Assembly: GCA_963703755.1 (NCBI GenBank) | Contig: CAVPGG010000115.1 | Coordinates: 3,108-67,107 of the forward strand | Origin: an uncultured Pseudomonadota bacterium | GTDB taxonomy: Bacteria > Pseudomonadota > Alphaproteobacteria > Rhizobiales > Xanthobacteraceae | DNA: 64,000 nt | Direction of reading: 5' to 3' | Shown: piece after piece, positions 9,721 through 17,807 of the stretch | Position numbering within the stretch: position 1 is the first letter of the stretch | Layout of the letters: the number at the start of each line of letters is the position of its first letter | The notes under the pieces: model-generated | The model's input: the letters and a program-made list of their open reading frames with translations, nothing else | Database searches by the model: none | What the model was told of the DNA's origin: nothing | Position numbers and translations under genes: made by a program

Positions 9721-10697
9721 GCCTCCGGATCGACGAAGGCCTCGTCGAGGCTCATGCGCTTGGGGATCAGCTTCTGCTGCAGCCCGTAGATCAGCATCGC
9801 GTCGATGCTCGGAAGGTTGGCTTGCATTCCGTAGGGCAGGGGATCGCCGACCAGCGGCATCAGCCCGCGATACTTCTTGTCGTTGGCGTCGTCGCCGGCG
9901 CTGCCCTTGAGCTGCGCGATATACGGCGCCTTGGCGGCGACGAACGCGTCATAGAGCGCGCGCGCGACGAACGGGTGCTTCCACAGCACCTCGCTGCGCA
10001 CCACCACGAGCCCGTGGATCGGATAGATGCCGGTGCGCCGGAACCAGTCGGCCTCGGCCTTCTCCACGTCCGCGATCAGCTCCGGATAGACCTCGGTCTT
10101 CGCTTGCCCGCCGCTCTCCCAGGCGCCGGTCGGCGGCCCGGCGCGGCCGATGCCGGCCGGCCCCGAGAACGCCGCCTGCAGCTCGCCCGCCGCCATCATG
10201 CCGGCGAGCGATTTGCCCGCCGCCGCATGCACCACGTTCGGCGGCAGCCGCAAGGTCGTGACGTGCTCCTCGTCGTCGACCACCCAGGTCACCTTCGCGG
10301 AGTCGAGGCCGTACTCGTTGATGAAGATGCCGCGCGTCCACACGCCGGTCGTCACCGAATAGGCGCGCACGCCGACCTGCTTGCCCTCGAGGTCCTTCGG
10401 CACCTTGATGCCGGACTCCTGCCGCACCACGAAGCCGCCGTGATGGAAGCGGCGCATCAGGAACACCGGGATCGCGACGAACGGCGCGCCGAGCGCGCGC
10501 GCTATCATGTAGGTGGTCGGCGCCATCTCGCAGACGTCGAACTCGACGTCGCGCACCATGCGGCGAAACGCGCCGATGATCGGCTTGACCTCGACGAAGT
10601 CCGGCACGACGCCCGCGATCGGCACGTCGCCCGATTTGAGCGCGCGCGTATGCCCGTAGTCCGCGATCGCGATTTTCAACTTCAAGGGATATGTCAT
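9717..10697 (-). CDS. 4,5-dihydroxyphthalate decarboxylase-like protein (NMT1/THI5-type binding fold)
   Basis: ORF 9717..10703. I prefer ATG 10697 (MTYPLKLKIAIADYGHTRALK) because a GGAG lies 7 nt upstream. The sequence resembles proteins annotated as PhtD-like or ABC substrate-binding-like. The CDS is secure, but the function is tentative. Confidence 0.7.
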   Translation of the reverse strand: MTYPLKLKIAIADYGHTRALKSGDVPIAGVVPDFVEVKPIIGAFRRMVRDVEFDVCEMAPTTYMIARALGAPFVAIPVFLMRRFHHGGFVVRQESGIKVPKDLEGKQVGVRAYSVTTGVWTRGIFINEYGLDSAKVTWVVDDEEHVTTLRLPPNVVHAAAGKSLAGMMAAGELQAAFSGPAGIGRAGPPTGAWESGGQAKTEVYPELIADVEKAEADWFRRTGIYPIHGLVVVRSEVLWKHPFVARALYDAFVAAKAPYIAQLKGSAGDDANDKKYRGLMPLVGDPLPYGMQANLPSIDAMLIYGLQQKLIPKRMSLDEAFVDPEA

Positions 10698-10708
10698 GAC
10701 CACACTCC

Positions 10709-10829
10709 GTCATGGCCGGGCTTGTCCCGGCCATCCACGCCTTCCTTCGCGCCAAGCAAGACGTGGATGCCCGCGACATAGGCGAGCAAAGCGACGCCGT
10801 TCTTCGAACGGCTTTGCGCGGGCATGACG
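10709..10829. repeat. structured intergenic repeat, family 1, full copy
   Basis: The element is TCATGGCCGGGCTTGTCCCGGCCATCCACG .. CGTGGATGCCCGCGACATAGGCGAGCAAAGCGACGCCGTTCTTCGAACGGCTTTGCGCGGGCATGAC. It has two hairpin modules. It is homologous to 45155-45276 and, in inverted and partial form, to 26831-26905. Confidence 0.8.
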
Positions 10830-10844
10830 CCGTGCCTGTCTCAC

Positions 10845-11786
10845 CTACTGCTTCGGTATCCCCGCCTTGTCGATCACCTCGCGCCACCTGGCGATGTCGC
10901 GCGCGAGGCGGGCCTGCATCTCCTCCGGCGTCGAGCCGCGCGCCTCGATGCCGAGGCCGCGCGCCTTCGCGTGCAGATCGGGCGCCGCCAGCGCGCGGTT
11001 GATCTCGCGGTTGAGCAGCTTGATGATTTCGGGCGGCGTGCCGGCGCGCGTCGTGAGGCCGTTCCAACTCGTCACCACGTATTGCGCAAAGCCGCTCTCG
11101 ATCGCGGTCGGCACGTCCTTGAGCAGGGCGTCGCGCGTCTCGCCCGAGACCGCGATGACGCGCAGCTTGCCGTCCGGCAGGCTGCCCTCGAACCCGGCGT
11201 AGTAATCGAATCCCACGTCGACGTCGCCGCGCAGCAACGCGGTCACGAGGTCGGGCGTGGTGCGGAACGGGATGACGGTCACCTCCACCCCGGTGATCTG
11301 CCGAAACAGATGTGCCGACAGGTTCTGCGTGCTGCCCGGATTGATGGCGCCGAGATTGAGCTTGCCGGGGCTCTTGCGCGCCGCCTCGACCACGTCCTTG
11401 AGCGAGCGGTAGGGCGAGGCGCCCGAGACCGCGATCAGCACCGGGAACGAGGCGGCGACCGAGACCGGCGAGAAATCCTTGAGGACGTCGTAGGGCAGGT
11501 GGGTGAACAGCGTCGAGGCGATCGCCTGGCCGTTGCCCATCTCGCCGAGCACGTAGCCGTCGGCCGCCGCGTCGAGCACGCCCTTCATCGCGAGGGTGCC
11601 GCCGGCGCCCGGCCGGTTCTCGATGACGAAGCGCTGGTGCAGGTTCTCGCCCATCCGCTGCGCCAGGATGCGCACCGTGAGATCGCCGACGCCGCCCGGC
11701 CCATACGGTACGAAGATGCGGATCGGCTTGGTCGGGTAGTCGGCGGCCTGTACCGTGCCGGCGGGGAGCAGGAGCCCCGCGAGCAT
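10845..11786 (-). CDS. Bug/TctC family tripartite tricarboxylate transporter substrate-binding protein
   Basis: ORF 10845..11786. The mature-looking N-terminus is QAADYPTKPIRIFVPYGPGGVGDL. The signal peptide looks short. An upstream ATG at 11844 (MTTASRR) is in another frame, so either one more indel lies near 11800 or the start is at 11786. Confidence 0.85.
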   Translation of the reverse strand: MLAGLLLPAGTVQAADYPTKPIRIFVPYGPGGVGDLTVRILAQRMGENLHQRFVIENRPGAGGTLAMKGVLDAAADGYVLGEMGNGQAIASTLFTHLPYDVLKDFSPVSVAASFPVLIAVSGASPYRSLKDVVEAARKSPGKLNLGAINPGSTQNLSAHLFRQITGVEVTVIPFRTTPDLVTALLRGDVDVGFDYYAGFEGSLPDGKLRVIAVSGETRDALLKDVPTAIESGFAQYVVTSWNGLTTRAGTPPEIIKLLNREINRALAAPDLHAKARGLGIEARGSTPEEMQARLARDIARWREVIDKAGIPKQ

Positions 11787-11989
11787 CAGCGCGACGCCGG
11801 CGGTTCGGCGTGGGTCGATTTCGACGGCGTGAGGCGGTCGTCATGGGCGTTCTCCCGGCGCGGCGCTTGCGCGGCTTCGCCACCGCTTTCGCTCCGTCGC
11901 TGCGAGGGGTGACACAGGTTAGGCCGCGACACCAATCGGAACAGCGCCCACGGTCATAAGTTTTTGCTATATTGGCACAGCGGTGGCGC

Positions 11990-12115
11990 TCCCTCTTCCC
12001 GTCGGGGAGAGGGTTGGGGTGAGGGGCTCTCGGAGCCAGAATTTAAACTCCGAGCGCCCCTCACCCGGCTCGCTTCGCTCGCCACCCTCTCCCCTGCGGG
12101 GAGAGGGAAAGAGGG
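11990..12115. repeat. structured GC-rich palindromic repeat, family 2
   Basis: The element is CCCTCTTCCCGTCGGGGAGAGGG, then TTGGGGTGAGGGGCTCTCGGAG..CTCCGAGCGCCCCTCACCC, then CCACCCTCTCCCCTGCGGGGAGAGGG. These form three hairpins. A near-identical architecture occurs at 17808-17932. Confidence 0.8.
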
Positions 12116-12123
12116 CCTGTTCC

Positions 12124-13344
12124 ATGACCCCGCTCGACATTCTTTCGCTGCGCCAGCTGCGCGCCTTCGAATCCGCGGCGCGGCTCGAAAGCGTCAGCGC
12201 CGCGGCGCGCGAGGTCAATCTGTCGCAACCGGGGCTGACCCAGTCGATCCACACGCTCGAATCCCGGCTCGCCATCCGTCTGTTCGATCGCCGCCGCTCC
12301 GGCTGCTACGTCACCGGCCTCGGCGCCGTGCTGCTGCCGCGCGTGCGGCGCTTCTTCGATCATCTCGGCGCGGCGCTGAGCGATCCGGTCGTCGGCAGCC
12401 CGTTCGTCGGCCGCGGCGATGCCGCTGCCGCCGTCAACCGGATGACCGGCGCGCAGATGCGCGGCCTCATCGCCATCGCCGAGAGCCCCTCGATCGATGC
12501 CGCCGCGCGTCGCCTCGCCATCGCCCAGCCGTCGCTCCAGCGCACCGCGCGCGACCTCGAGCGCGCGCTCAAGCGCAGCCTCTATCAGCGCACCGCGCGC
12601 GGCGTCACCGCCAATGCCCAGGGCGCCGAGCTCGCCCGCCGCTTCCGCGTCGCGTTGCAGGAGATCGCGTACGGCCTCGAGGAGCTCCACGCCGCGCAGG
12701 GCTCCATCGTCTCGCGCATCGCGATCGGCAACATCCCGCATTCGGGCGAGCGCATCCTGTCGGCGGCCGCGGGCGCGCTGCTCGCCGCCTATCCGACCGC
12801 CCAGGTGCAGGTGATCGACGGCCACTACGACGCGCTGCTCGCCGACCTGCGTGCCGGCAAGCTCGACCTCCTGTTCGGGGTGCTGCGCCGGCCCGCCTGG
12901 GCGATCGACGTGGTCGAGGAGCGTCTGTTCGCCAATCCCTACGTGGTGGTCGCCGGCGCGCATCATCCGCTGCGCCGGGCGAAGCGCGTGACGCTGCGCG
13001 ACCTCGCCGGCTACGGCTGGATCATGCCCGAGCCGGGCGCCCCGCGCCGCCAGGCTTTCGCGCGCATGTTTGCGGATTTACCGCGCCAGCCACGCGTCGC
13101 CATCGAGACCACGTCGCTCGCGATCTACCGCAGTGTGCTGGCGAGCTCGGACCGACTGACCCTCATGTCGCGCCTCGCCGCCCGCTCGCCAGAGAGCGCC
13201 GCGCTCACGGTGCTGCCCTTTCGCTCGCCGCACCTCGCCCGCGCCGACGGCGTCGCCACCCGGGTCGACTGGCACCCGACCCGCGTGCATCTCGAGTGCA
13301 TGGAGCTGTTGCGCGCCGAGGCACGCCGCACGGCCGCGGATTAG
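12124..13344 (+). CDS. LysR-family transcriptional regulator with two tandem N-terminal wHTH modules
   Basis: This lies within ORF 11983..13344, with the start at ATG 12124 (MTPLDILSLRQLRAFE). The first wHTH is LRQLRAFESAARLESVSAAAREVNLSQPGLTQSIHTLESRLAIRLFDRR. The second is MRGLIAIAESPSIDAAARRLAIAQPSLQRTARDLERALKRSLYQRTARG. One LysR substrate-binding domain follows. Confidence 0.85.
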   Translation: MTPLDILSLRQLRAFESAARLESVSAAAREVNLSQPGLTQSIHTLESRLAIRLFDRRRSGCYVTGLGAVLLPRVRRFFDHLGAALSDPVVGSPFVGRGDAAAAVNRMTGAQMRGLIAIAESPSIDAAARRLAIAQPSLQRTARDLERALKRSLYQRTARGVTANAQGAELARRFRVALQEIAYGLEELHAAQGSIVSRIAIGNIPHSGERILSAAAGALLAAYPTAQVQVIDGHYDALLADLRAGKLDLLFGVLRRPAWAIDVVEERLFANPYVVVAGAHHPLRRAKRVTLRDLAGYGWIMPEPGAPRRQAFARMFADLPRQPRVAIETTSLAIYRSVLASSDRLTLMSRLAARSPESAALTVLPFRSPHLARADGVATRVDWHPTRVHLECMELLRAEARRTAAD

Positions 13345-13354
13345 AGCGACGGGC

Positions 13355-13576
13355 TCAGCACACCTTGTCGCCGGGCTTGCAGTCGTTCCAGTTGGTGCAC
13401 ACCCAGCGGCCGTTGACCCGCTTCCAAGCGATGCATTCGCGTTTGGCCAGGATGACCGCGCGGCTCGCCGGCGCCGCCTTGGCCGACAGGGGCAGCGCGT
13501 GCGTTACCTGCGACGTGCCTGCGATCGTGAGGCCGAGGGCGAGAGCGCCCGCCAGCGCGTACGTATGACGTGACAT
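13355..13576 (-). CDS. small secreted cysteine-containing protein (hypothetical)
   Basis: ORF 13355..13576 (73 aa) has a signal peptide ending THA. The mature ~46 aa contain four Cys (RECIAWKRVNGRWVCTNWNDCKPGDKVC). AAGGA/AAGG lies upstream of the ATG, and third codon positions are GC-rich. Confidence 0.55.
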   Translation of the reverse strand: MSRHTYALAGALALGLTIAGTSQVTHALPLSAKAAPASRAVILAKRECIAWKRVNGRWVCTNWNDCKPGDKVC

Positions 13577-13717
13577 GGATCTACCTTATCCTTCGAGTTC
13601 CGCGGCGCGATCGTGTCCGGTGCGGCCGATGCTACACCGCAATCGCGCGGGATCGATGGACAAGTTTGCGGTGATTTCCCCCGCGTGACGGCCGCGGAAT
13701 GGAACTCGGCAGTGCCC

Positions 13718-14701
13718 CTACTGCGGCTTGATCCCCGCGAGCTTCGCCGCTTCAGCCATCTTCTTGTACTCCGCCGCGATAAACGCCGCGAAACCCTTGG
13801 CGGTGCGTTGCTCGGGCGTCGCGATCTCGGAGCCCTGATTGACCAGCGTGTCGACGGCTTTGCCGCCGCTCAGCCCGGTATCGATCGCCTGTTGCAGGCT
13901 CGCCACCACGTCCGGCGGGGTTTTTGCCGGCGCGACGACGCCGATGTAGCTCTCGGCCGTGAAGCCCTTCACGCCGCTCTCGTCGAAGGTCGCGATGTCG
14001 GACGCGAGCTTCGAGCGCTTCGCCGCCGCGATCGCGAGGATGTGCGCCTGGCCGGCCTTGTGCAGCGGCAGCGCGGTCGAGAGCTCGGTGAGCGCGCCGT
14101 TGACGCTGCCGCCGATCACGTCCGGCAGCAGCGCGCCGCCGCCGCGATAGGGTACGTGCGTGATCGCGGCGCCGGTCGCGGCCTTGAGGCGCTCCAGCGT
14201 CATGTGGCTGGCGCTGCCGATGCCGCTGGTCGCGATGGTGATCGGCGCCTTCTTCGACAGCGCGATGAAGTCGGCGACGGTCTTGGCCTCCACCTTGTTG
14301 CTGAGAATCAGCACGTGCGGCACGTAGCTCGTGAGCGCGATCGGTGCGAAATCCTTGAGCGGGTCGTAGCCGAGATGCGCCTGCACGAAGGGATTGATGG
14401 TCATCGGCCCGTTCGAGGCGACCAGCAGCGTGTAGCCGTCCGGCGCGGCGTGCGCGACCAGCTGAGCGCCGATGCTGCCGCCCGCGCCGGCGCGGTCCTG
14501 CACCACGACGGGCTGCTTGAGCTTCTCCGAGATCAGCTGCCCGGTGATGCGGCCGACGATGTCCGCATTGCCGCCCGCCGCGAACGGCACGATGAGCTGG
14601 ATCGGCCGCTCCGGATAGGCCGCAAGCGCGCGGCCCGGCACCAGCGCGAGGCCAAACCCGGCGCCGGCTCCGGCAACGAGATCGCGGCGTGTGATGGTCA
14701 T
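13718..14701 (-). CDS. Bug/TctC family substrate-binding protein (Tat-type signal)
   Basis: This lies within ORF 13718..14764, with the start at ATG 14701 (MTITRRDLVAGAGAGFGLALVPGRALA). The mature N-terminus YPERPIQLIVPFAAGGNADI is typical of the family. Confidence 0.88.
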   Translation of the reverse strand: MTITRRDLVAGAGAGFGLALVPGRALAAYPERPIQLIVPFAAGGNADIVGRITGQLISEKLKQPVVVQDRAGAGGSIGAQLVAHAAPDGYTLLVASNGPMTINPFVQAHLGYDPLKDFAPIALTSYVPHVLILSNKVEAKTVADFIALSKKAPITIATSGIGSASHMTLERLKAATGAAITHVPYRGGGALLPDVIGGSVNGALTELSTALPLHKAGQAHILAIAAAKRSKLASDIATFDESGVKGFTAESYIGVVAPAKTPPDVVASLQQAIDTGLSGGKAVDTLVNQGSEIATPEQRTAKGFAAFIAAEYKKMAEAAKLAGIKPQ

Positions 14702-14834
14702 CGTGTCCTCCTGTTCCGGCCAAGCGATGTCCGGCAGCGCGTCGGGTTTAGAGCCGGAGCCCAAGGTATGTCCAGGACCGAGATCCGGGGATGCGGTATA
14801 CGCGCGCGGCCGCGATCCAGTTGCATTTCAAAGA

Positions 14835-14857
14835 ATTTCCGGATATATTTCCGGAAA
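14835..14857 (+). promoter_or_regulatory. putative vapBC promoter/operator (repeated TTTCCGGA half-sites flanking TATATT)
   Basis: TTTCCGGA occurs at 14836-14843 and 14848-14855. The second copy is part of the perfect 10-bp palindrome TTTCCGGAAA. The two sites are separated by an AT-rich TATA stretch. A third related CCCGGAAAG lies at 14868-14876. All are immediately upstream of the antitoxin gene. Confidence 0.35.
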
Positions 14858-14883
14858 CATAAATGCACCCGGAAAGCCTTCGC

Positions 14884-15168
14884 ATGGCCCAACGCAAGCC
14901 AAATTCCCTTGCTGTCCACCGCCGCCGTCTCAGGCGTCAGGGCGTCGTGCGTGTGGAGGTCAGCGTGCGCAAGGAGGATGCGGTCCTTGTCCGCGGCGTC
15001 GCCCGTGCGCTCGCCGATCCCGAGCGGGCAGCCGAGGCTCGCATGCTGCTGCGCGAGCGCTTTGGCGCCGCACGAGCGACGGGCCTCAAGGCACTCCTCG
15101 CCGCCGCACCGCTCGATGGCATCGATCTCACTCGCGAGCGCGACTTCGGCCGCGATGTTGTGCTGTGA
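14884..15168 (+). CDS. vapB: type II antitoxin (VapB-like)
   Basis: This lies within ORF 14863..15168. I prefer ATG 14884 (MAQRKPNSLAVHRRRLRRQGVVRVEVSV..) because GGAAAG lies 7 nt upstream. ATG 14863 is an alternative start. The stop overlaps the start of the PIN gene (GTGA). Confidence 0.7.
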   Translation: MAQRKPNSLAVHRRRLRRQGVVRVEVSVRKEDAVLVRGVARALADPERAAEARMLLRERFGAARATGLKALLAAAPLDGIDLTRERDFGRDVVL

Positions 15169-15617
15169 GCTTTCTGCTGGACACGAATGTCATCTCGGAG
15201 GTTCGCAAGGGCGCCCGGTGCAATCCCAATGTTGCCGGCTGGTATGGCGCGATCGACGACGCGGATGTCTATCTCAGCGTCCTGGTTCTGGGCGAAATCC
15301 GCAAAGGCATAGAGCGGGCGCGACCGCGCGAGCCGGCGCGCGCTCGCGCCCTGGAGGATTGGCTGGCGCTGGTGAGCGAGTCGTTTGCCGAGCGCATCCT
15401 GCCGATCGACCAGCGCGTTGCCGACGAATGGGGTCGTATGAGCGCAATCCGTTCAGTGTCGGCGGTCGATGCGCTGCTCGCCGCAACCGCCAAGGCCAAC
15501 GGAATGACGCTGGTGACTCGGAATACGGCCGATGTTGCCGATCTCGGCGCCGCGATCTTGAACCCATTCGATGCGCACGACAGCGTGCGCCGGACGCCGC
15601 CTTCAGGTCGTCGATGA
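15165..15617 (+). CDS. vapC: type II toxin, PIN-domain ribonuclease VapC
   Basis: This is the tail of ORF 14691..15617, read from GTG 15165. The sequence is VSFLLDTNVISEVRKG..VLVLGEIRKGIE..VDALLAATAKANGMTLVTRNTADV, which carries the PIN acidic residues and the TRN motif. Confidence 0.8.
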   Translation: MSFLLDTNVISEVRKGARCNPNVAGWYGAIDDADVYLSVLVLGEIRKGIERARPREPARARALEDWLALVSESFAERILPIDQRVADEWGRMSAIRSVSAVDALLAATAKANGMTLVTRNTADVADLGAAILNPFDAHDSVRRTPPSGRR

Positions 15618-15641
15618 AGTCTTCAGATAGTCAGTGCCGCC

Positions 15642-16130
15642 GTGAACGACATGGTGCGCGGCTATGCGGGCACGAGCGAGATCCTGCTCGCGGTCGAGCG
15701 CGGCGAGGTCGACATTGTCGGTGCCTACGGCCTGCCCGGCATCCAGGTCGCCCACCCCGACTGGCTTTCCGGCAAGGGCGCGGTCTTCCTCTATCAGGCC
15801 GCGCTCAAGCGCGATCCGCTGATCCCCAACGTGCCGACCCTGCCCGAGCTCGCCCTCTCGGACGAGGGCCGCCAGGTGTTGCGCGCGGCCGCGAGCACCG
15901 CCGAGATCGGCCGCTCCATCATCACGACGCCCGGCGTGCCGCCCAAGCGCCTCGCCGCGCTGCGCGCCGCGTTCAATGCGATGCTCGCCGATCCCGACTT
16001 CATCGCCGAATGCCGCAAGCGCCAGCTCCTGGTCGCAGGCGCGACCGGCGAAGAGCTCGACGCCATGGTGCGCGAGCCCCTCGCGCTGCCGCGCGCCGTG
16101 CTCGACAAGATCGGCCAGATGATGAAGTAG
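15642..16130 (+). pseudogene. 5'-truncated periplasmic solute-binding protein gene (Bug/TctC-like C-terminal half)
   Basis: ORF 15642..16130 (162 aa) matches only the C-terminal lobe of ~320-aa receptors (..IITTPGVPPKRLAALRAAFNAMLADPDFIAECRKRQ..). It has no signal peptide and no N-terminal lobe. It is in the same frame as vapC, separated from it by the vapC stop plus 8 codons. Confidence 0.5.
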
Positions 16131-16132
16131 GA

Positions 16133-16250
16133 GGCGAGCGCTCGCTTGTAGCCCGGATGGAGGCGCGCAGCGCCGTAATCCGGGACTGCCTATCCGCGGA
16201 AAGGCTTTCCCCGCATTTCTCTTCGCTTCATGCGGGCTTCGCACTAACGG
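16133..16250. repeat. palindromic intergenic element downstream of emrB
   Basis: GCGAGCGCTCGC is a 12-bp palindrome. CCCGGAT (16152-16158) pairs with ATCCGGG (16179-16185) around a GC-rich loop. GCTTCATGCGGGCTTCGC follows. This resembles the REP-type elements common in this bacterial group. Confidence 0.4.
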
Positions 16251-16258
16251 CTGACTGA

Positions 16259-17781
16259 CTACTCCGCGACCACCGCATGCTCCCCCGCTCGCGGCCGCGC
16301 CGTCTTGAACACCACCAGCAGCGGGATTACGGCGAGCGTCGCGATCATCAGGAGCTTGTAGTCGTCGATGTAGGCGATGACTTGCGCCTGGGCCGTGATC
16401 ATCGCGTCGAGCGCGGCGCGGCCGCCGGCGGTGAACGGGCTCCAGAAGTGCGCGACCGCCGGGTTCTCCAGCGCGCGGTTGACCGCGGTGACGTGCGCCG
16501 CGATGTCGGCGTGGTTGACCTGGGTGTTGCGGGTGAGCAGCGCGTTGACGACCGAGATGCCGACGCTCGAGCCGATGTTGCGCGCGAGGCTGTAGATGCC
16601 GGCGCCCTCGGTGCGGCTCTCGGCCGGCAGGGTCGAGAGCGTCGCGGCGCTCAGCGGCACGAACAGGAAGCCGAGGCCCGCGCCCTGCACGAGGCCGATC
16701 AGCACAATGGTCGTCTGCGACACGTCGGGCATCCAGCCGGTCATCGCGTAGAACGACCACGCCGTCATGCCGAGGCCGATCGCCAGCAGGACCCGCGTGT
16801 CGACACGCGCCACCAGCCGGCCGACGATCAGCATCGACGCCATGGTGCCGATGCCGCGCGGGCCCATCACGAGGCCGGCGGTCAGCACCGGATAGCCCAT
16901 CAGGTCTTGCAGGTAGGGCGGCTGCAGCGCCATCGAGGCGTAGTAGGTGAGGCCGACGATGACGATGAAAAAATCCCGGCCGTGAAGTTGCGGTCGCGGA
17001 ACATGTTCGGATCGATGAACGGGCGCTCGGCCGTGAAGGTGTGCACCAGGAAGAGATAGAGTGCCGCGGCCGCGATCACCGCCTCGATGATGATCTCGCC
17101 CGAGCTGAACCAGTCGAGCAACTCGCCGCGGTCGAGCATGATCTGCAGCGCCGCGATCGCGATGCTGAGCGTGCCGAAGCCGAGCCAGTCGAGCCTCTGC
17201 CCCGGCCGCGCCGCGACGTTGGGCAGGAATGTGCTCATGCCGACGAGGCCCGCGATGCCGATCGGCAGGTTGATGTAGAAGACGTAGCGCCAGCTCCAGT
17301 TCTCGGTGAGCCAGCCGCCCAGCACCGGGCCGAGCACCGGTCCGACCATCACGCCGACGCCGAACAGCGCCATCGCAAAGCCGTGCCGCTCCTTCGGGTA
17401 GATCGAGAACAGCACCGACTGCGACAGCGGCACCAATGCGGCGCCGAACGCGCCCTGCAGCGCGCGAAAGAGCACGATCTGGGTGAGCGATTCGGCGAGT
17501 CCGCACAGCATGGAGGCGACGGTGAATCCCGCCATCGAGACGAGGAAGAGCCGCTTGAGCCCGAAGCGTCCCGCCAGGTACCCGGTCGGCGGCGTCATGA
17601 TGGCGGCGGCGACGATGTAGGAGGTGAGCACCCAGGCGATCTGGTCCTGGCTCGCCGACACGCTGCCCTGCATGTAGGGCAGCGCCACGTTGGCGATCGT
17701 CGTGTCGAGCGCCTGCATCAGGGTCGCGAGAATGACGCAGACCGTGATGGCGGCGCGGTTGGTGGGGTTGTCGGTAGGCAT
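16259..17781 (-). pseudogene. emrB: DHA2-family MFS multidrug efflux transporter (EmrB/QacA type), one frameshift in a homopolymer
   Basis: The N-terminal part comes from ORF 16900..17907 starting at ATG 17781 (MPTDNPTNRAAITVCVILATLMQALDTTIANVALPYMQG). The C-terminal part comes from ORF 16259..17506 (..IVIVGLTYYASMALQPPYLQDLMGYP..). The frames join at FRDRNFTAGIF/FIVIV, inside the run GATGAAAAAATCCC at 16965-16978. That run has six A where seven would keep the frame. Confidence 0.85.
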
Positions 17782-17807
17782 CGTAGCGTCTTCGTCTGTC
17801 TCTGCGC

